Shown: in pieces, positions 40,995-52,984 of the stretch
How the letters are laid out: the number at the start of each line of letters is the position of its first letter
Numbering within the stretch: position 1 is the stretch's first letter
NCBI RefSeq assembly: GCF_006345805.1
Contig: NC_043000.1
Span: 63,178,001 to 63,242,000, forward strand
DNA length: 64,000 nucleotides
Source: Octopus sinensis
Lineage: Eukaryota
Direction: 5' to 3'
The notes under the pieces: generated by a model
Seen by the model: the letters and a program-made list of their open reading frames with translations, nothing else
Database searches by the model: none
Told to the model about the DNA's origin: nothing
Translations under genes and position numbers: made by a program

Positions 40995-41350
40995 GAGTTC
41001 CTCTGAAGGATCTCTGGAGTAACATTACTAGACAGGATGCATTGCTCAAAGATTAGGAAAACACTTCAAGTTGAGGTGCTACTTCTTCACTTCAAGAGGT
41101 TACAGCTCATTTGTTGGATGTGTAATTAGAATGTTACAGGAAAGAATTGCAAGATGTATTCATCAAGACTAACCAATCAGCTGGAGACCTAGACCAAGAG
41201 CAGGATGATTGGACAATATCCTAATAATCTCACTTGGTCATGCTAGGAAGTCCAGTCAAAAAGTTAAATGATGGTTGCTTCTGGTAGGACCCTATGAGGG
41301 AGATACTTGAGGATTACTCCAAGTTTCTCCCAGTAACTGTAGGTAAAGAT
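40995..41350 (+). mobile_element. Decayed Rex3/Expander-type RTE LINE 3' end
   Basis: Frame-broken FL.RISG..LLDRM...VE.LLL..KR.QL...VIRM..ERI...WRPRP...LDNI...WS.LG, typical of the Rex3-like C-terminus (from recall). Confidence 0.6.
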
Positions 41351-44300
41351 GGATGAATGACTGAAATAACCATATCCTTTTTTATACAAACTTCCCTCAG
41401 ACTACCCAAACATCTGTTTCTTAATTTTTCAATCTAAGTTAAATGCTTCTGTCATAATTTCATGTTAAAAATATTTTAAGACATGTCCCAAACAACTGAG
41501 TAATACTAAAAAAATTACTGATACTACTTCCTTATTTTTATGTAGTTTACTAATACAAATCCTCCTTTGAATCCTTAAACAGTCTCAAGAATAAAAAGGA
41601 TTTTGTCAGGACTAAAATTCCTGACAGTCATAAATTTCTCTAGGGAAGCAAAAAAAAATACAGGTCAATCAGTTCATATCCTGTCATGTCATAGTTCATT
41701 TTCGGTTTTCAAGCTGTGGATATATCATGGGTTAAATTCAAATATATTACTAACCATCACTTAGAGAAACATATAGAGAATGTTTGTAAGTATTTCAGTA
41801 TGAAATAATGGTGGGTTTCTTTATCAGCTTCATACTTACCACAGGTCAAATAAATGCACAAATCAAAGATTTCCACAAATTCAGTCTGGAACAGTGATGC
41901 AAAACACTAAGCTGTATCCAATGCTATACATAATAATTATTTATCTCATTCACCATAAACTCTTAGAAAGAATCACCACCACCAGTAGTAGGCAGGAGAA
42001 AGAAACCTTTCAAAATATTCTACTGCTGCAGCCTTCCTTTTTTTCAGCCTGCCGATGATCCCTGCATCTTTTGTGCAAACACTGCATGAAATTCATACTG
42101 CTTTTCTGTATATCAGACATGTATACTTTCGAAATGGCAGTAAAGTCTTGTCTTCATTCCTGCTGATTAAAACACTTTGTATTTGCTGAGTTTTAAGACC
42201 TCTCAATTTTAGGCTTTTCTTTCACATTTGGAATTTCTTCACTAACTCTTTGACAGATCCAGCAATGAAAACTAGGTGATGGTATACAACTATAGACAGC
42301 CAGTGTTAAATGCCTTTGTTATGGCCTGGAGAACTATAATGAATAAGAGGGGGATGAGAACCAAGCTCTGATGGACACTTGTATGCATGCTAAATTCATC
42401 ACTGAATATAACATGCACATAGGCTCTAAATGGTAATAACATTTCTATGCAAGAGTTGCATAGCTCTCACAAAATTCAATTTGCATTTACAGTTTGTGTA
42501 CTAAGTCATATATAATTCTACACTTAACTTAAATACCTCTGCAGTTCTCCTAAATCCTCACAATAGCCCCCTTAATTATCTGCAATGTATATCTCACTTA
42601 TGTTAAATATTGAGATAGAATCTTAAAATATTTAGGTTACAGTAATAGAAATACTGCTTTATACTTCTGTATAAGGCAAAAAATGTATATTAGAACATAT
42701 TAGAAGAGAAATATTAAAAAAAGAAATGGAATACAGTGTACAGTATAGTGAACTAGAAATACAGGGTTAAAACCAGGTAGAAAGAATTAACATTTGCAAT
42801 TCATAAGTGCAGAATCCTAAAAATTAATAACTAAACACCAACATTTAATGGCAAATGTTTAATGAATCTTAGTAGCAAGAAAGATAAAATCTAATCCAAT
42901 ATATTGTCTGCTAAAATTATATTGCATGTTTATATTATAATACTAAGATACACAGTTGTTATTCTTTTTAGAAATGTTTATTTTTAACTATGTTTACTAT
43001 GATTGGTAATATTCATATTAACTACACAAATTTTGAAAGGTGAAAAACACAAACAAAAAGAAAACCAATCATTTTAATTAGAGATTACGTATTTACAAAA
43101 AATGTTCAACTTATTTTTTCAAATAAACCTCCATTGTTATTAATAAAAAGAATGTGTTTGATCAATTACTATTATTAATAAAGAGGTTAATCTCAAATGT
43201 GAGTTTTAGTGTTTGGTAACACAGATTTCTATGAAATTCTCAAGAGGAGAATATTTACCAAGTTACTGCAGCAGATATCAAGTCTAAAGGGGCCTTTTAT
43301 GAGCTACAATGAATAGTTCAAAAAGATATATCAATAGATCGATAACAGGATTTATAACAATTGGCAAGAACTTCAGAGAAAAATATATTTATAATATTTA
43401 TAAATCAAAGTGCAATTAGTTTTAAATAATCAATCTAGTTTTGTTTTTAAATTAGTTGTATCAGTGAAAGGAGTACAATACTAAACCTATGCCAGATGTT
43501 TAAATATAGTGCTATAACTTACATTATACTTTCAATGAGTTAAACCTATCACAACACTGAAGAAGAATTCAGATTTCTAATCCTACCATTCTTTGTAGAT
43601 AAAAAAACCCAAACTGTCAAAATATAGAACAGAAAAAATTATTTTTAATTCATATATATCAGATTAGCAAATATTATTCACAAGTGATAATTTTAAGAAT
43701 TAACTCTTTGTCCAGCCTGTGTGTCATATGTGATACACAGAACATATTTCCTTTGAGTCAATGTATTATATATAACATTTTTTAATTTTTTTCCAGCCAC
43801 CAGAGTAACTTGGGACTTATGAAAGGAAAGCTTTATATTACTAAGAACATATGAAATAAGGACTAAATATAAGTCTGAAAATAAGCATGAACATTTAGGA
43901 TAACTATAAAAATCATTTGGACAGGCAAATGGTTAAGAAAATTATTTTAAAATATGTCAGAAAGAAATCTTCCTTTGAAGAAAAATTTAATTGATAAGAA
44001 GAAAAAAATGTTAACTATACTTTATCTCTTGCATTATTCAACTGGTATAAGACATTAGATAGATAGAGACATTGTTTTACATACAGATCGATAGAGACAT
44101 TGCTTTATTTACATTTTTGAACTAGGTAAGCTGTTTTTGTTGGGTTTTCAGACTCATGAAGGAGTTTCAGGCTCATGTAGGTTTTCAGTGTAGGAGTTCA
44201 GACCTATACAGGTCTAAACTCCTACATGAGACAACACAACAAAACAACAAACTAAGAACACTGTGCACCTGTGTCCAGCTGAATCTTCATTAATCAAACA

Positions 44301-46269
44301 ACAACAGATTCCAATAATTGAAGTAATTGTTTGTAATTGTTTCACTGCTACTAACCCTTTTTCTCATTAACTATTCAACCGTAACTTAAAGGTGAATGCA
44401 TTTTGTATTTCATGAAAATGTAGATCTTTGAAATATGATACAAACGTTTATACTAAGTAGTAGCTTAGAAACCAATATTATAGATATATCTGAGAATTTC
44501 TCAGAAGTAATCTGTTAAATAATAACTATACTAATTATGATATCAAGGTTATAACCCATGATTCTAGTACTGAAACAAGAACTAAACAAAGTTAAATCTG
44601 AGGTGTTCATTTAAACCAGTTGAGATATAGTGTAAGACAATGAAAGGAAATTAGTTTGAATATAAATATTAATAATAATCATAAGAGTACACATTAACTA
44701 GATTGAGACTTACAAAGCAAATACATTTTGCCTCATTTGTAAAAGTATAATTTTCCTATACACATTTTTAATGTGTATTTATTTATAAACACATTGATTT
44801 GTTGGTTTTACTCTTTACAAAAAGCAAAAAGGGAAATGGAGAAAAAAAAAGGTAATATGAAATATGGTGATTTTGTCTGAAGTAATGAACCTATTACAGT
44901 TCTTGAGGTGACTTTTATATTATATTAGTAATAACCTGATAATTTATAATTACTGATGAGGAAAAAAAAAACACTTTTACAGCAAACAGTTTTGGTATTG
45001 GAGCATTTCATTCAGTTCAGTTTATTTTTATACTCATCTGGAAATAATGGTTGTTAAAGAAAGATTACTAGGTTAACATGGAGGTGCACTCTGCAGATGT
45101 ACACATAACAATGTGTAACACAACAGACAAAACATACCAGGTCATACCTGCAACCTGTAAGACGTCACATCAGTATCCTGTTTTTTATATATTTTTGTTT
45201 TTTGTTTTCTCATATAGAAATGTTAAGTCAAAATATTGTAGGTATATTATAGAGAAACTTTTTCAAAAGAAACATCAGAAACTTGTGGCTTATAGTTATT
45301 AAAACTTAGCTTATTAGGAGGGAAAACATTTACATGCAGTAAGTTTGAGTGATATCCAGAGTAAGAACCAAAGTATGAGCAAGCTTTTTAGTACAATCAA
45401 TTAAAATAAAAACTTGGTACTGATGGAGTCAAAGGAACATGTGAGTGCCTTTAGGATATAGGTTGTTTACAATTAAAATTTTGATGAGTAAGGCCAATAC
45501 AATAACAATGCAAGAGTTGATGTGAGAACTCAAGTTTGAATTAAAAAAAAAAACAGTAGGTTTGCCAATCAGGTAAGAACACATATCTGGAATAAATTTT
45601 AAAATACCAATGATGAAGAAAAAATAGACAGTTCTATACATAAATATAATATATCATAATTAGATGGATTTCAGCTTTATAAAGACAATCAGTTTAAAGT
45701 GAATTTAACCTTGTATATCAACAGCATCATTTTGGCTGAATTCAGGGCATGAACTGTCATTACAATACGAAGAATCATAACTGCCATTACAAAGGTAGTT
45801 AAAATTTTTATGACATAAATAAGTATAAAGTTGAGTTTGAAAATATGTAGAAAGCTCTTATTTAAGAAAGATTAAAATAACTAATGGAAGTTTTCAAGTA
45901 GAGGATACTTTATATGCAGAGAACGGGGAACAACATAAGATTTGCTTTTCTATTGATATAAGAAATGTTGATAATAGTCATTCAACAAAATAAAATGTGC
46001 TTTCAATCAATTTTATTCAAAATGTTTGGAATTTAAACCCAAGTTTGGTTGAACTTTTATCAATTTAGATCAATCAAAAGCTTTCAATTAGATGAATAAC
46101 CAGTTTACTCTCACAGTTGGCAGTATTGATGTTTGGACTGGCTTTCAAGTAATAAATTGTGATATTATTAGGCATGGCTATTTGGTGTTTCTTGTAAAAA
46201 TATTTTTCCTCCAGTAAATTCAATGTTGCATATTAGTCCCTCTGGTACTACTTATTTTATCAACCTTGA

Positions 46270-46780
46270 AAAACTAAAAAGGAAATAACTCACTGTCACT
46301 AAAAATTGACAAAGGATGCAAGGAGCACCAGCATTGCTAGAAATAAGAGTCAAAGACTCTTTAGTCACAAAAGCACTTTTTATTTACTGACAAGGGAGAT
46401 AACCTCCCCACTGCAAGTGAGAACCTAAGATTGGCATGCCAATTTTGCATGGAAATTAATGATCATCAATAATACTTACTCCATTGCAGGTGGTGAAGCT
46501 GAAATTTACCTCGTCAAAAAATAGAACATGTGCTTTTGTGGCAAAAGAGTTTCTGACTCTTATATCTAGCAATGCTGGTGCTTCCTGCACCCTTCATCAA
46601 GTTTTAGTGACAGTGAAGTGTGTGTGTGTGTGTTTGTATTATTTTAAATATGATACGCATATATTTATACATAAGCCCTAAATAAATATCATCCATCAAA
46701 AACACACCTTCAGACACAACAAAACTATTTCTGATCCAGCTTAGAACCAGTAAGCCAAGAAACAATTCACAGCTTTGTTT
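46270..46780. repeat. Direct duplication copy A, containing an 86-bp inverted repeat (arms 46291-46376 and 46530-46615)
   Basis: Aligns by eye to 40107-40611 with about 8 substitutions plus a (TG)n length difference. Confidence 0.95.
46480..46498 (-). CDS. Candidate 19-nt SLC4 microexon, copy A: (c)CT TCA CCA CCT GCA ATG GA = P-S-P-P-A-M-(E/D)
   Basis: taaatttcag|cttcaccacctgcaatgga|gtaagtatt, 502 nt downstream of exon 2. It continues the phase-1 frame. SPPA resembles the TPPAQRVQF/SPAAERIRF motif that follows this exon in SLC4 proteins. The polypyrimidine tract is weak. Confidence 0.5.
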
Positions 46781-47000
46781 AAAATCGTATAAAGGGAAAA
46801 AAATTATCCAAAAATACTTTTAAATGTTTTCAGATGCTACAAAGTACTGGGATGCCAAGAATTCAGCCCATTGTCAGCTCAACACTTGTAGTTCTAAGTA
46901 TATTTATTTAAGTAAAAAAAGAAATCCATTGGTTTAAAGAGAGGTATTGAATGGAGAAGTTGTAGAATACAAGTGAAATGTATTAGAATATTATACACAC

Positions 47001-47117
47001 GTGTTTTGAATGGTTCCTTGGATTCATCCTTGCGGTGATGTCTATGATGTCTCTTGCGATGCCGTCGAGACCTTGGTACACGAAGACCAATGTAAACAGT
47101 TTCTTGAGAACGGTGAT
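47001..47117 (-). CDS. SLC4: SLC4 coding exon 2: (D)HRSQETVYIGLRVPRSRRHRKRHHRHHRKDESKEPFKT(P)
   Basis: Acceptor ttcttatcactttag|at and donor acac|gtgtgt; 117 nt, phase 1 to 1, open frame. TVYIGLRVP followed by a His/Arg cluster matches the conserved (T/L)(I/F/V)YIGVHVP plus basic cluster of NBCe1, NDCBE, NBCn and Drosophila NDAE1 N-termini (from recall). Confidence 0.92.
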
Positions 47118-47779
47118 CTAAAGTGATAAGAATTATATAAATTAGTCAAATAATGGTTGCTTATATGTGCACAAGAACATCAAATCCAGAAGATTTAGGA
47201 GGGAGTAGACATTTTTTTTCTTTTTTGGTAAGGTGGAAGGCTGCAGACTAGGAATTAACCCTAGTAGCTTAATAAATAACAAGAGAGTACTAAAGAAACA
47301 TCAAGCATGCATGCACTCCCAAAACAACCATAATATGGCTTTTGCATGTAGATAGCAGGCCTTGACATACGGATATAAGGAATTAGATCAATCCCAGCAG
47401 AACAAAAGGCAAAGCTAATCTTGATGGGATTTGAACTCAAAATGTAAAGACATAATTAAACACCAAAAAAGATATTTTGTTTACCACTCTACCCACTATT
47501 ATTGAATAATATAGTCCTAAATATATGAAGTCTGAAAATAAAACAGGATGGTCATAGCTGGAACTATATAGCTTGATTGAGGTACATTTGGGACTAAACA
47601 ACAACTCAGCTTTTATTTTGAAGTCAACAAGGAAGCCCCTACCTGGCAGCTTGGGCTGACAGAAATAGCAGCCATATATCCTTTAAATCTCACTGCCATT
47701 TAAAAAAAAAAAAATGAAAGACACTATTTTCAATGTATATATAGAAAGTATGACAATTGTGGCTGGATTCAAGTTCTGA

Positions 47780-47928
47780 ACAAAAATCTTCCACCAAACC
47801 TTTGTCACAATTTATGTACCTACCACAAGCTTAATGATAACTAAGTTATTTTACTAAATTCTTAGTTATATTTAGAATTAATTGAAAGAAACACAGAGCA
47901 TCTCAACAGAAATATGGTAACAAAAAGG
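47780..47928. mobile_element. Partial copy of the 59073 MITE family
   Basis: aaaatcttccaccaaacc...gagcatctcaa...ggtaacaaaaagg|TTAA. Confidence 0.75.
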
Positions 47929-48339
47929 TTAAACGGCAACAACTACCTTTCAAGAACATGCTGGAGAACAAACGAACATGGCATATCTTGACTATTCTCT
48001 GTGTCTCATGTGACCAAGTGCTACATGATTCCAAAGATAGTCTGAAGGTTAGCACAGCTAAAGTGCAAGAGCTGTAGGCTTCCTGCAAGAATTTGATTGG
48101 TTATTCCCATATCACAGATCAGTAAAAACAGTATAAATGCTTCCAAGACATTGATGGGCTTTCATGAGTAGTTACATAACACTAGTTTCATAACATTAAT
48201 GGCACCAGTCTTTTAAGGTAACATTTCCCAAATGATGTATTACTTGTTCCCAATAATGAGATGCTTAGAATCAACTGTAATGCCCACATACAAAATTGAA
48301 TTAAATCCAAGAGGAACTGAATTAATGAGGTGATAATTT

Positions 48340-48520
48340 GTTTTCAAATTTTGGCACAATGTCAGCAATTTCAAGGACAGAGATAAATCAATTACATCGA
48401 CCCCAGTGCTCAACTGGTACTTATTTTATTGACCCCCAAAAGGATGAAAGGCAAGGTTGACCTTGGCAGAATTTGAACTCAGAACATAAGCATTCAAACA
48501 ATTTTGCCAGCTTGCTGCAT
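48340..48520 (-). mobile_element. SINE family C
   Basis: actggtacttattttattgaccccc...gaatttgaactcagaac. Confidence 0.85.
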
Positions 48521-48663
48521 GCCATATATACACAGCCAGTTAGTTTTTTAAAACTTCTCTTAATCCTCTATACAAATCATAAAACACATTACACTTCATA
48601 GAAAGAAAAGAAAAAAAGAAATATGAAGACTATTACGAATTTAATTTTAATCATTAGACATAC

Positions 48664-48763
48664 CTTGAATATCAGCGTCACTTGTAGTATGACTGTGTAC
48701 AAATGTACCAAGATCTCGGACAGCCTCCGTCTCCATTCGAGAACTTTGCACAGATTTCGACAT
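48664..48763 (-). CDS. SLC4: SLC4-family Na+-coupled bicarbonate transporter, first coding exon: MSKSVQSSRMETEAVRDLGTFVHSHTTSDADIQ + g. The whole exon, with 47 nt of 5'UTR, spans 48810-48664
   Basis: Acceptor ttctgtttctttttag|gtgg (AG at 48812-48811). Donor caag|gtatgt (GT at 48663-48662). There is an in-frame TGA upstream of ATG 48763. 100 nt = 33 codons + 1, so phase 1 joins the next exon as GAT (D). EAVRDLG resembles the EEAVVDRG stretch of SLC4A8/A10-type N-termini (from recall). The exact paralog cannot be assigned. Confidence 0.88.
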
Positions 48764-49959
48764 GGTGAAATATTAATTCACAACAGTTCACAAATACCCA
48801 TAACATCCACCTAAAAAGAAACAGAATAATTTAAGAATTTTATCATAGCTACTCCTTCAGAAAGATAACAAAAATACGTGAAGATGTGAAGTGACTGAGC
48901 AAATAAAAATAGGTTTGTATCAAGCAAGAGACATTTTATTATATCTCTGAACAAAGCTGCCTCAGTTTGTTCAACTGAACAACAGATTCCAAACTTCAGG
49001 GAAATTATCTGTAATAGAGCTGTATTCAAAGAGAGATTTATTATTCATCTACTTAATACCAGAGAATCTGGAGCTGAACACTAGAGTTATGATCTCAAGT
49101 GACTCATGAAAGAATTAAGTTCAAAATGTGATATGGTGGGGTGAGTTGTAAGCTTTCATAAGCATATAATAGCTACTCGTTAAAGGAATTTATTCAATCA
49201 TCCAGTATCTATTGAGAAATGAGTTCATGACTACCGAAAAGCTATGCTAAATTAAGAATATCATAACTATGCAAAGCTTTAATATAATGGTTATAACAAA
49301 ACTCCACTATTATTCAATAAGATATCAATTCTGATAGCTTAATAGATGATGAGTTTAATGTAGGATACAATCACTTGCAACTAGTATTCAGAAACAAGGG
49401 TGGTATTTTGGTAGAGTTGTTAGAGCAGCAGTTAGAATACCTTCCAATATTTGTTCCAGTTTTCTCTGTGCTTTGGGTTAAAATATTGCTGAGACCAACT
49501 TTGCTTTTCTTTCTTCAGGATCAATAACTATTATTTCAAGCAGGTCAAATGGCCACATAAAAGCTCCCTCATTGACTTGTGAATCTTGATATATGTGTTT
49601 AATATCCATCCTTTTTTTTTTTTTTTGCAAAATACTGGCTGAGTAATAATGTATCTTCACTACAGTAACAAACCTGTTTCTGCCCTCATTTTTGATCACT
49701 CTCCCTCCTTCTCTTGCTAGCTAACTGTGTATCTCCTTTACAGCAGCACACTTCTTTCTTGTTAATTCTCTCTCTCTCTCTCTCTCTCTAAGTAACCATG
49801 TCCCTCCTCCTCAGCAGCACACCTGTTTCTACCCACATTCTTGTTAACTCTCACTCTCTTTCTCTCTCTTACTCTTACTCTCCCTAGCTCATGACATCTG
49901 TTTCTGTTTCTCTGTCACACTTTAACCTTTCATCATTTGACACAAGATCACCTCCTCTA

Positions 49960-50306
49960 ATGCCTCCTCCCCTCTCAAAGATTCTTTGTTTTGCAAAGAT
50001 ACTTGGTCACTCTGCCAGTGTAGGTTCCATTTAAAAAGCACCCAGTCTACACTGTAAAGTGATTGACATTTGGAAGGGCATCCAACTGTAAAAACCATGC
50101 CTAAACTGACCTCACCCGTGCAAGTGTCACATAAAAAGCACTTAGCCCACTCCACAGAGTGGTTGGTGCTAGGAAGAGCATCCAGCTGTAAAAACCATGC
50201 CAAAACAGATGCAGAAGCATGGTGAAGGCTCCTGCCTGGCCAGCTCCTGTCAAACCATCCAACCCATGCCAGCATGGAAGGTAGACATTAAACAATGATG
50301 ATGATG
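49960..50306 (+). mobile_element. Older family D variant
   Basis: ggaagggcatcca(a/g)ctgtaaaaaccatgcc occurs twice; tail ccatgccagcatggaag...gatgatgatg. Confidence 0.75.
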
Positions 50307-50559
50307 ACTGCACCAAACTAATTTTTCATTATGAGTAAGTGAGTAATTTGATGTTAAAATTCCAAAAATACAAGAAACATTTGCTGACATCAATGTAGTT
50401 GAAAATGAGAGTTTAGCCAGACAACAAATGCAAAAACAATATTTAAACATTACAACAGCATGTTTTATTAACAAAGGTATCACAACAAGTTAAAAGTATT
50501 TGGAGTGTTTACAGTGTGGTCATTGATTAGTTACAATACATTAAGTGTTTTAGAACCCA

Positions 50560-50808
50560 TCATCATCATCATCATCATCATCGTTTAACGTCCGTTTTCC
50601 GCGCTAGCACGGGTTGGACGGTTTCGACCGGGGTCTGGGGAGCTAGGGACTGCCCCAGGCTCCAGTCTAGTCTGGCAGTGTTTCTACAGCTGGATGCCCT
50701 TCCTAACGCCAACCACTCCGCGAGTGTAGTGGGTGTTTTTTTACGTGCCACCTGCACAGGTGCCAGAGGGGTCTGGCATCGGCCACGTTCGGATGGTGCT
50801 TTTTATGT
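50560..50808 (-). mobile_element. Young family D copy
   Basis: (cat)n cgtttaacgtccgttttcc...ctacagctggatgcccttcctaacgccaaccactcc. Confidence 0.9.
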
Positions 50809-51555
50809 GGGGGGGGGGCAGAAATATAGGGGAGCACCAGTGGGGAGGGGTGGTTCAGAGAAATGATGACAGGTTCTAGGTAAGTAGAACGTAGGATATC
50901 AAGAGAGGGGTAATGCATGGTGAAATAGCGTATTGAAGAGGGGGGTTCGAAGAGTAGACACCTATAATGGTGGTGGGGGAAGCGACATCCGGTATAGATG
51001 GAGCAAAAATATAGAGATATCCAGTATTGGTGGTGGGGGTGGGCAAGGGCGGGTGCACCGGGAATATGACGGGCTGGCTTAAGAATGCTCTTAGCAAATG
51101 AAGAGGGGGGATGGCAGACAGCGTAAAAGAGGGAGAGAGAGAGAAGGGAAATAGTGGAACCCCGCGGAAATGGGCCGCCATTGAAAAAAAAAAAAAAAAA
51201 AACCCCTGTATGGAGAAATAATATGCAATACGAGGCAAAGCTGATAATAATAATATAATAATAATAATAATAAGCAAATTTTCGACCGAGGATCAAAGGG
51301 ACAATACTAATACTAATAGTAATAGTAATAATAATAAATAATAACAGCTCAACCACAACATTAGATTAGAAAGACTCTCTTATCTTGGGAACATTTCGTT
51401 CTTCGGCCTGACACGGGAATATGACGGGCTGGCTTAAAAATGCTCTTAGCAAAGGAAGAGGGGGGATGGCAGACAGCGTAAAAGAGGGAGAGAGAGAGAA
51501 GGGAAATAGTGGAACCCCGCGGAAATGGGCCGCCATTGAAAAAAAAAAAAAAAAA
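50809..51555. mobile_element. GC/CpG-rich unclassified insertion with two ~125-bp direct repeats, each ending in poly(A)
   Basis: Repeats at 51059-51202 and 51414-51555 differ at 2 positions outside the A tract. Confidence 0.7.
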
Positions 51556-51799
51556 GTTTAACAAAAAAGGCAACATGTATAATATGATATGTACAAGCTA
51601 CTACTGATTAGAATATGCTGGAGGTGGGATGGAGAATTCTCTGTATGCAGAGGAGTTTACATATTTACATACAGGTTTACTTTCAGTTGGAACAAAAAAA
51701 AAAAATTGCACATGATTGTATAAGTTTGGAACAGATGAGCATTATTAAACTGGCAAAGCAATCGTGTTTTTCTATACAAGACACAATATTGCTTCCAAG

Positions 51800-52005
51800 T
51801 TTTGGTACAAGGCCAGCAATTTCAGGGAAAGGTCAGGCCAATTAGACTGACCCAATGCTCAACTGATACTTATTTTATCAACTCTGAAAGGAAGAAAGGC
51901 AAAGTCGACCTCAGTGGAATTTGATCTCAGAATGTAAAAATAGATGAAAAGCCATTAAGCATTTTGCCCTGAGTGCTAACAATTCTGCCAGTTCACCACC
52001 TTTAT
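51800..52005 (-). mobile_element. SINE family C
   Basis: aggcaaagtcgacctcagtggaatttgatctcagaatg...gcattttgccc. Confidence 0.85.
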
Positions 52006-52303
52006 AGGTGACACACTATTGAAAGTAAATTCAGAATGAAAATATTATTGTCATCATCATTGAGTTAATGTCCACTTTTCCATACTTGCATGGATCAGAT
52101 GAAATTTGTTGAGGCAGATTTTCTACAGCCGTATGCTCTTCCAGTTGCCAACCCTCACATGTTTTCAAGTAAGATAATAATTCCTAGTGACCAGAAATGG
52201 AAGATAAACTGAGGATATCATCTGCATGATTACATTCATTTCAACTAACACTTGATATCAAGGCAAGGACACAATAACATGCACACACAAACACTCCCTA
52301 CAT

Positions 52304-52336
<33 letters not shown>

Positions 52337-52344
52337 GTTAATCC

Positions 52345-52515
52345 AAACAAGAAAACACAAAAAAACACAACAACGCGAGGGCGTGGAACAAATATAGTAT
52401 TATCGGACGCTCAGGAAAGAAGGAGGGTTTAACGTTTCGAGCGGAGCTCTTCGTTGGAAACACAGGAGAAGGAAAGATCCAGAGAAGGGAAGACAAAGGG
52501 GAAAAAAATCGCCAA
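52345..52515 (-). mobile_element. Probable Penelope-like element terminal fragment
   Basis: Minus strand ccaacgaagagctccgctcgaaacgtt resembles the CTGANGA(A)-stem-GAAAC motif of PLE termini; CpG retained. Confidence 0.5.
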
Positions 52516-52524
52516 CACACACAC

Positions 52525-52680
52525 ATACAACAGGGCTTCTTTCAGTTTTCATCTATCAAATCCACTAACAAGGCTTTGGCTGGTTTGGAGCTTATAGTAG
52601 AAGACACTTGCCCAAGATACCATGCAGTGGGACTGAACTCAAAAGCATGTGGTCGGGAAGCAAAATCTTTTCCACATAGA
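52525..52680 (-). mobile_element. SINE family A, 5' half
   Basis: gggcttctttcagtttt...ttgcccaag...gtgggactgaac. Confidence 0.8.
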
Positions 52681-52984
52681 TAAACCTGTGCCTTTGCATT
52701 GAAATAACAAAACATCTAAAATATTTAAAAAGTGAAAATCATTTGTGAGAGAGAGAGAGAGAGAGTGCGTGTGTGCGTGCATGTAATGGGGAAAGCTTGG
52801 TTTGCAATGTTTGCAGTTGTGTATGTTTGTCAAGATAAGGGCTCATTAGCCACCAACAGAACCACAAATGCAAAATTTAAGTTAGTCGTAGAGCGCACAA
52901 TGTTCCTAAAGGTCAGCAATGGTCTTTCTCGGCCACGAGTGGACGGCCATCATATATGTATATATATATATATATATCTATATA

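Noticed and set aside
41839-41930. Strong minus-strand donor (gtg|gtaagtat)
   Set aside because: All frames from nearby acceptors contain stops; at most a non-coding or cryptic site.
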